This document shows positions 53,557 to 59,943 of a DNA stretch of 59,943 bases, piece after piece; the first letter of the stretch is position 1, and every line of letters begins with the position of its first letter. This stretch comes from Hydrolagus affinis. Its lineage: Eukaryota. Under the pieces are notes generated by a model, which saw only the letters and a list, made by a program, of their open reading frames with translations, searched no databases and was not told the origin of the DNA. The DNA is taken from NCBI GenBank assembly GCA_012026655.1, contig JAAILG010001922.1:1-59943 (forward strand). The letters are read 5' to 3'. The translations under genes and the position numbers were made by a program.

Positions 53557-54996
53557 AAAGCACGAGCGAACAGAAAGGTGCCACACAAGCTTCCTCTCCT
53601 GGCCTTGTGGATTTTCTGAAGACGTTAACAATAATAATCCTTGAATTTCATATCAGGCCTTGTCACATCATTGAGACGTCTCAAAGCGCTTCACAGCATA
53701 ACGCCTGTAAAATTCCCTGTGTAATATCGTGGGTGAAACCTGTTGTGCAGCCTGTTGCGCACAGCAGTGTCCCACAAATAGCCACGAGCGACTGATTTTA
53801 TTTGATGGATTGTGTCCTGGCCAGGACTCCCAGCCAGGACAATGGGAGAGAGAAACTCTCTTCTGTTTTTGAATAGTTCCATGGGATCGTTAACGTCCAT
53901 CTAAGAACAGACAGACTGGACGATAGTACAAGGCTTGGTCTGACAGACACGATGGAGTGAATGGCTTCCTTGTGCGCTGTATAATTCTACGATTCTATGG
54001 TTGTTTGTTAGCAGCTCATTCTGTATCTGCTGCAACACTTCCTCTCCCAGCGCCAGCTTTGTCTTCTCTCACTCACGCTGTCACCGAGGTGCTGACTCAT
54101 GGCAGCCAACAATAATAATACATGTGACACAGACTTTAGCTTCAACAAAGCAGTTGAGAGGAGGTTGTATCCCTATCTGTTACAAATACGTATAACGGCA
54201 ACGTGTCCTCAAAGCGTTCACAGAGAGAAGGTACGGCCAAGTGTTGATCTGCCCTGTTGTACAACTGAATATTTGCTGGCAAACGCAGCAAAATAATGCT
54301 ACACAATACAGATCCACACTCGGTGGCAGAAGGTGGGGGGAGGGGGAGGGGGTTGCGGGGGCAGAGGACAAAGCTGGGGAGAGTGATGATTGATAAGGTG
54401 CAGTGAGCAGGTGATTCTGAGCTGGAGTTATCTCCATCATTGTTGGGGAAGGTCTGAGGGAGTGAGGAGCTCAAGTGTGTCCCCTCTCCCACATTACCCC
54501 GTGGGGGAAGGGAGGGTTTTGTCGGGTGTCTGATACATGGAATCCCATCACCATGCTTAAAGTAACCCACCCCCTCTCCCAGGAGGATAGTCCCCTCCAG
54601 TCTACAATGTCCAAACCAAACTGAGAATTCCTTGCATCCCACCTACACATGGTGCAGTACATTCCTGTAACCTAATTTTGGAGAGTATTAGGTGCAGGTT
54701 GGCAAGAGCCAAGGCTGGGTGGGGGTGGTGTGGGATGCCAGAATGCGCATTGGGTAACTGCTGGAGTCTAACCAGCTAAAACCACATAGTTCTCATTGAC
54801 TTTGTTGTCTGGTAAGCTTTCCTACTGCTCGTCCAGCTAGGACTACCCTACCCACCAAGGTCCAGCGTTGAGACCCACAGTGTAATGGATTATCTTGGCC
54901 ACCGGGTGGCACCAAACGCCTGACAATCAGTCAGAACAATTCCCTTCCAGACACTTTTCCAGATCTAATTATTGGAAAACGTGGAAAATGTTTAAG

Positions 54997-55293
54997 ATAA
55001 TAATCCTTGCATTTGATATAGCGCTTTTCACGTCTTCTAAACGTCTCAAAGCGCCTCACTGAATATACTGTAAAGTGAATTGACTGCATATTGGTGGAGA
55101 AATGCGGCAGCCAATTGCGCACAGCAGTGTCCCACAAACAGTCTTGGATTGAATTGACCGATTTTTTTTTTGGTGAGATTATTATCAGGCGCGTGGAGTA
55201 AGGAAATTTGCCCAAGGTTTCACCTTGGCTGGGAAACGAACCCAGATGTCTTGGTTGCAAGGCAAGCACTCTAACCACTGAGCTACAGGACTC
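54997..55293 (-). mobile_element. tRNA-derived SINE, full length, short form
   Basis: GAGTCCTGTAGCTCAGTGGTTAGAG...TTGCAA...GGTTCGTTTCC; tRNA-Ala(TGC)-like head. Confidence 0.9.
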
Positions 55294-56097
55294 CACATCA
55301 ACAAAAATGTGAAAAATATTTTAAGATCAATGAATGATATGAAGAACAAGGATTTTCATTTTCACAACTCTCCTTTCTCCCCAGCCTTCACAGCCCAAAC
55401 TCAGAGAAAAAAAGAATCGAAGCACAGAATAGTGTCCGTGTGGTACATTGTGTTTGTGTTGGTGGGTTACCAGATATGATGTGGAAAACTGCTCGGCTCT
55501 CACTAACCAGTCTGCTGCTACACGCGCTGCCTTCAGCAGTGACCTGGAATACAGTAACTACGGACCTGCCTGGCATCCAGGAAAATTAACAGAACCCAAC
55601 CTTTTGGATGAGACGTTAAACGAGATCCCTGGTTGGTGTCCTGGCCAACAATCCCCCAAATAAAATTGGTCACTCACTCCCTCGATGTGTGTGGGACATT
55701 ACAGTGCACAAACTGGCTGGGGTTTTGTTGGCTGGGAAGCTTCTCTTTTCGAATAGTGCCCTGGGATCTTTACCATCATTGTTTTAATGTCTCATCCAAA
55801 AGACGGCACCTCTGAAAATGTAATCTAACCTCCAACAACATTGTCCATTTTGTCCCATTTTCTCCTGCCATCCCCCCAATCTCCTATTTTTCTCCTTTTC
55901 AAATAGATTCTCTCTGAACATCTTATCTGTATCCTGCCACAAACCACAGGAACCAAGTAGGGATGATACCACATCCTACACATGACCTTTGTCCATTCTG
56001 GGTTTATGTGAGTGGTGGCCATCATGTAGCCTGCAGAACCATCAACGCCCATTCACTCGACTCATTCACACTCATCTAGATAAGACCATGTTCGATC

Positions 56098-56423
56098 GGT
56101 ACTGTGTGTTCCGTTTCTCTCTTGACTGAATATTTTCACAGATTTATGGCATAAGGTTTGGCTACCATTGATTTATGCTCTGTCCCTCCGCTAACACTGT
56201 TCCAATAAACCCTTCGTTTATCTTATTCACAACACAGCTAAGCTCTTGTTCAGTGTAGGGCACAGGGCACATTCACCTCGCTCTGAGGCACGATCCCTCG
56301 CTTCACACGTTGCCTCTTCAAACTACAGCTCATTTTGCAAACATTTACGTAGTTGCTGTTTTGAACTTTGGCTCCGGGATTGCAATTTTGTGTTTGCTGG
56401 AAATTTCTAACCTGGTGACGTGA
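56098..56423. promoter_or_regulatory. Candidate hepatic/hormone-responsive enhancer ~2.1-2.4 kb upstream of PCK1
   Basis: GRE-like GGTACTgtgTGTTCC 56098-56112; FoxA GCAAACA 56337 and TGTTTGC 56391; TTACGTAG 56345; TGTTTTG 56357; HNF4 TGAACTTTGG 56362; ATTGCAAT 56379; TGACGTGA 56416. Confidence 0.5.
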
Positions 56424-57114
56424 CATAGATTTCCGAAGTGCAGAGACTGCGTTGTCCTAGGTGGCGAGTGCATCAGTCATACCTCATCTCGCAACTGTGT
56501 CCACATCACCAGCGTAACACAGTCACTTCTGTTTTCTGTTTCCCAAGTGGTTTATCAGTTTTTCAGGGTCATCAGGAGCTGCTCACAACTGCCTTGTTCC
56601 TGAGTGCGAATAGGACAGTAATTATATCATATTATTGACAATCCCTCTGAGGAGGTTTATAATAATAATCCTTGCATTTGATATAGTACCTTGCCAAGTC
56701 TGCAAGCTGTCTCAAAGTGCTTCACAGCATATACTGTAAAGTGTAATGACTGTGTATTTTGTGGGTGAAATTCGGCAGCCAACATAGCAGTGTTCCACTG
56801 TTTTGTGGATTGAATAATACTGTCATAAAGTGAGGTGGGCAAATACTCTGTGATCACCATGAGGGTCAGATGTTATGGTCTGGCTTCAATTGAATCAGTT
56901 ATACTTCGGGCTGAAGTAGGGTTTGGCAGATGCAACCCAGAGCCTGACCCATCTTGAAGGGCCAGTCAATGAAGGTGTGCTCACCTCCTCACACATTACA
57001 ACCAACATTTATACAGTGACTCTTGATGCCTTTGGCTCATCTGATAGAACTTCTCACTTGGGGGTCAAACGGTTGTGACACTTTATGGCACCTCCAACAC
57101 TGAACTCAATCCTC

Positions 57115-57540
57115 TGAGGAGCCTGTCCCAAGGTGCTGGACAGTCAGGGATTTGGACCCGAGCAGGAGGTTGAGATCAGGAGAAGTGGAGGGTAGGGAGA
57201 GTAGGGTTAAGCGGGTGACCGAAGGCATGATCGATGAGGAGGGTCTTGAGACGTACCTTGAAGGAGGCAAGGGAGGAAGCCAGGCGAAGAGACTGTGGGA
57301 TGGAGTGCCAAAGGATGGGGCCAGAGAGGCTGAAAGCCTGACCACCGATGATGGGGTGGGCTGGGCAGGGATGTGGGGCTTAACAGTGATTGAGCTAAGG
57401 AGAAAGTGGAGGTGATGGAAGGCACAGAGGAATGTATCTAGGTGTTATCTGAGTAGGGGAAATGCAGAGGGAATGAGGCAGAGATTTCCAGAGTCTTGGG
57501 CATAAAAGCCCAGCCACCAATGGTAGAGGGGACAAGGGGC
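57115..57540 (-). mobile_element. L2-type LINE 3' fragments
   Basis: Minus-strand ggctttcagcc...ttcaaggtacgtctcaagaccctcctc is typical of L2 ends. Relatives at 20030-20230, 36400-36610 and 50680-50970. Confidence 0.6.
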
Positions 57541-58259
57541 ATGCAGGAGGCTGGACCTGGCAGAGTGAGTGGGGCATGTCCCCGTGGTAACAGAAATAGG
57601 AAGAGATGAGTGGATTGGTTAGACCAGTCACAGAACGTTTTCTGCAGTCGTATTTGCAACAAGACTCACATAAATGTCCAGAGATCCGGCTGAGAGAGGC
57701 CTGCAGGAACTGTACCCTGGCAGTTGATCTCTTGTCTTCCCAATGAGATTTTGGAGAGTCCTCAAAACTCTGCAATCCGCTCTTTCCTCATCGTGTTTGT
57801 ACTGCTGCTCGCTCCCTCACTGGAGATCTCTACTGTGATCTCAGCCCCCTCAGGTCTCTTAAATATGTATCCTCTTCCCTTTAAAATGCTGAAAGGCACA
57901 ATATCAACAGCAATTGTTTTATATGATTATTATGGAATGGGCTATAACCCCTCCCCCCCCCCACATTGCACAGTGTCTGTGTCATTCCATTTCATTCTAT
58001 TGATGGGAATAAAGAAATTGAATGATTCAACTGGAAATGTTGCAATGTACTGTATACCACAAACCCACTGACTCTGATCAGTCACATGTTGCACTTTGTC
58101 TACAGGTGTGAGCCGTTGTAAATAAGTTGCATTTTTTTGAGAATTAGAATTTTAATCAGTAAAATGTATCTCGAGGAGGCACGAAGGGAACAAGTTGTTT
58201 TTGTAGAAAACACCTAGTTATGGGTCCACCTGCGTGCGCCGTGCAACAGATACTGAATC

Positions 58260-58445
58260 AGATCTGTTTATCAATGAAAATACACTATTTTCTTGTCCAA
58301 AGTTTAACAGTTAATCATTTGCTGTGACACGCCGGGAGCTGCACAACACTTTGTGAACACAGAGGGCTTAGCTGCTGACGCCACTGACTGCCCTCCCCTG
58401 CGAGCTACCGAGGTCATCATCATTCACTCAGATGGTATTAAAGGA
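58260..58445 (+). promoter_or_regulatory. PCK1 proximal promoter
   Basis: TATTAAA 58436-58442; CRE-like TGACGCCA 58376-58383; HNF1-like GTTAATCATTTGC 58310-58322; HNF4/DR1-like TGTCCAAAGTTTA 58294-58306; forkhead TGTTTAT 58265-58271; AGGTCA 58411-58416. Confidence 0.7.
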
Positions 58446-58468
58446 GGAGAGAGACAACCGAGTGAATC

Positions 58469-58556
58469 AGACAGTCTAGAAGCCAAACCGCAGAGAGAAG
58501 TACTGCAGAGAGCTACTGGAGACTGACCGCTACACCACAGCGAATCTCAGGACAAG
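58469..58556 (+). other. PCK1: PCK1 non-coding exon 1 (start approximate)
   Basis: Begins ~30 bp after TATTAAA at an Inr-like tcAg, contains no ATG, and ends AAG|gtaagc. PCK1 is known to have an untranslated first exon. Confidence 0.75.
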
Positions 58557-58977
58557 GTAAGCCGTTGCGAGCATCAATGTATTGCTTATGGTTGCTCTAT
58601 GTTTTTTTTACAGGGTGGTTGTTGGGACAGTGGAATTGTCCCCATTGTGTCTGTGCGGGTGCTCACTGCCCCCCAATGGAGCTCCCCAATTAAGTAATAC
58701 AACTTGGACCATTCATTTTCATGGTTCCGTGTTTTTATTTCCTGTGAGAATTGGTTCATCAAACCTATGCATTCTGGTGTCATTCATCAAACAACACAAT
58801 GATAAAACCCTGTGTTCTTTGACAGCTGTTTAGCCCTCAACAATAAGGTGTGTTAACCATGGAGAAAGCCATGGAGTCCCAATCCAGATTCAGGTGAAAA
58901 GTCCAGAACAATGATGGTGTGTGTAACCTGGTGTGATTGTGATTTTGCAGGGCTGTGAACAGTGTGGTGAGAAAGCC

Positions 58978-59201
58978 ATGGCACCCCAGCTCAAGGCACA
59001 ACATCTGCACCCCTCCAAGGTGCTTCGTGGGGACCTGAAGAGTCTGAGTGCTGGAGTCAGAGAATTCATCGAGGAGAGTGTGCGGGTGTGCTGTCCAGAC
59101 TTCATTCACATCTGCGATGGGAGCAGCGAGGAGAACAAGGAGATCCTGGCCATGATGGAGGAGCAGGGCATTATCAAACGTCTAGTCAAGTACGAGAACT
59201 G
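58978..59201 (+). CDS. PCK1: Phosphoenolpyruvate carboxykinase (GTP), cytosolic, first coding exon (MAPQLK...IHICDGSSEEN...KYEN-C)
   Basis: IHICDGS-EEN and L-KY-N(C) match the PEPCK N-terminus. 74 codons + 2 nt, then |gtgagt. Acceptor ttttgcag| at 58950/58951, Kozak gccATGg, and no mitochondrial presequence (favours PCK1 over PCK2). Confidence 0.93.
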
Positions 59202-59943
59202 GTGAGTGAGTTTCTTTCCTTTCAAAGCTCTTTTTGGGGAGGAATTTTCATGTTGATCTAAGCGGGAGTTGTCAGTGCTGAGATCCTGAGAGGTTTTGCT
59301 CCTCGATCACCTGGTGCCATGATTTAATGTCAGGGCTGGGTTCTAACCCCTCTGCTAGTCAGTACGCTTGGTTAAGGCACTGATTTCGTGGCTGCCAGTG
59401 GTAGGATTCACAGGTTAACAAGTTATTCAGTTAGAGTTATGGCTAGAAAAAGGAAACCAAATAAGGAAAAAGTTCATTTCCTTTGTATTGGACACTTGTC
59501 AGTATGAAGAACAGAACAATTTTTTTTGTGACATGTTTCTACAAAGGCAGACAGTGAAAACACACGAGTCACAAAAGCTTCCCCCCAAACAGGCTGGAAT
59601 CTGTCAGCATTTTGGGGAAAAGAAAGTAAGTGCAGATCACAAGGTTCCTCTGCATCCTATAAAGAGTTCAGAACATTTATATGAAGGTAACCAGATACCC
59701 TATAACAATCTCTGTCTCCTGGACAGCAATTTCAGACCTGAGACAGCTCGAGAGAGAGAGAGAGAATGTACAGTAACTGAACTGAGTCCAAAGCTACAAT
59801 ATACTTGATCCCAAATTCAGACACAGTACAGTAATATTATTCTATTCTCTTCTGATACTAATAAGGATTGACTTACTTGAATATGGGTTACTGATCAGTT
59901 CTTAAACTTGCCCCATCCAGCTGGCTGGCTCGCACTGACCCCA

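Noticed and set aside
55225-55293. tRNA-Ala-like sequence (also at 31823-31891 and other copies)
   Set aside because: These are SINE heads: poor acceptor stem and continuous with the SINE body.
58862-58874. 13-nt copy (GAGAAAGCCATGG) of the PCK1 start context in intron 1
   Set aside because: Too short to exclude chance, and there is no supporting splice acceptor.

Overview
Vertebrate genomic DNA, not prokaryotic. The repeat landscape (tRNA-headed SINE with L2-type tail, Deu-type SINEs, CR1/L2/Tx1 fragments) suggests a cartilaginous fish, probably a holocephalan; this is inference from recalled repeat consensus. Two genes lie head-to-head. On the minus strand is the 5' half of GNAS (Gs-alpha): exons 1, 2, 4, 5 and 6 in human numbering (139, 73, 55, 120 and 98 bp, all GT-AG), a CpG island, and a ~24-kb intron 5; exons 7-13 lie off the left edge. 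On the plus strand is the 5' end of cytosolic PEPCK (PCK1): TATA-like promoter, non-coding exon 1 and a 224-bp first coding exon. Apart from the GNAS exon 1 and exon 5 frames, the PCK1 exon 2 frame and one retroelement remnant, the ORF-track entries look spurious. I see no convincing new protein-coding or defence-type system. The best leads are the GNAS-PCK1 divergent arrangement (implying an inversion relative to human 20q13.3, with no visible NESP/XL exon), a simple GNAS splicing architecture, a pre-miRNA-sized hairpin upstream of GNAS, a mammal-like gluconeogenic motif grammar at PCK1, and several transposon oddities.
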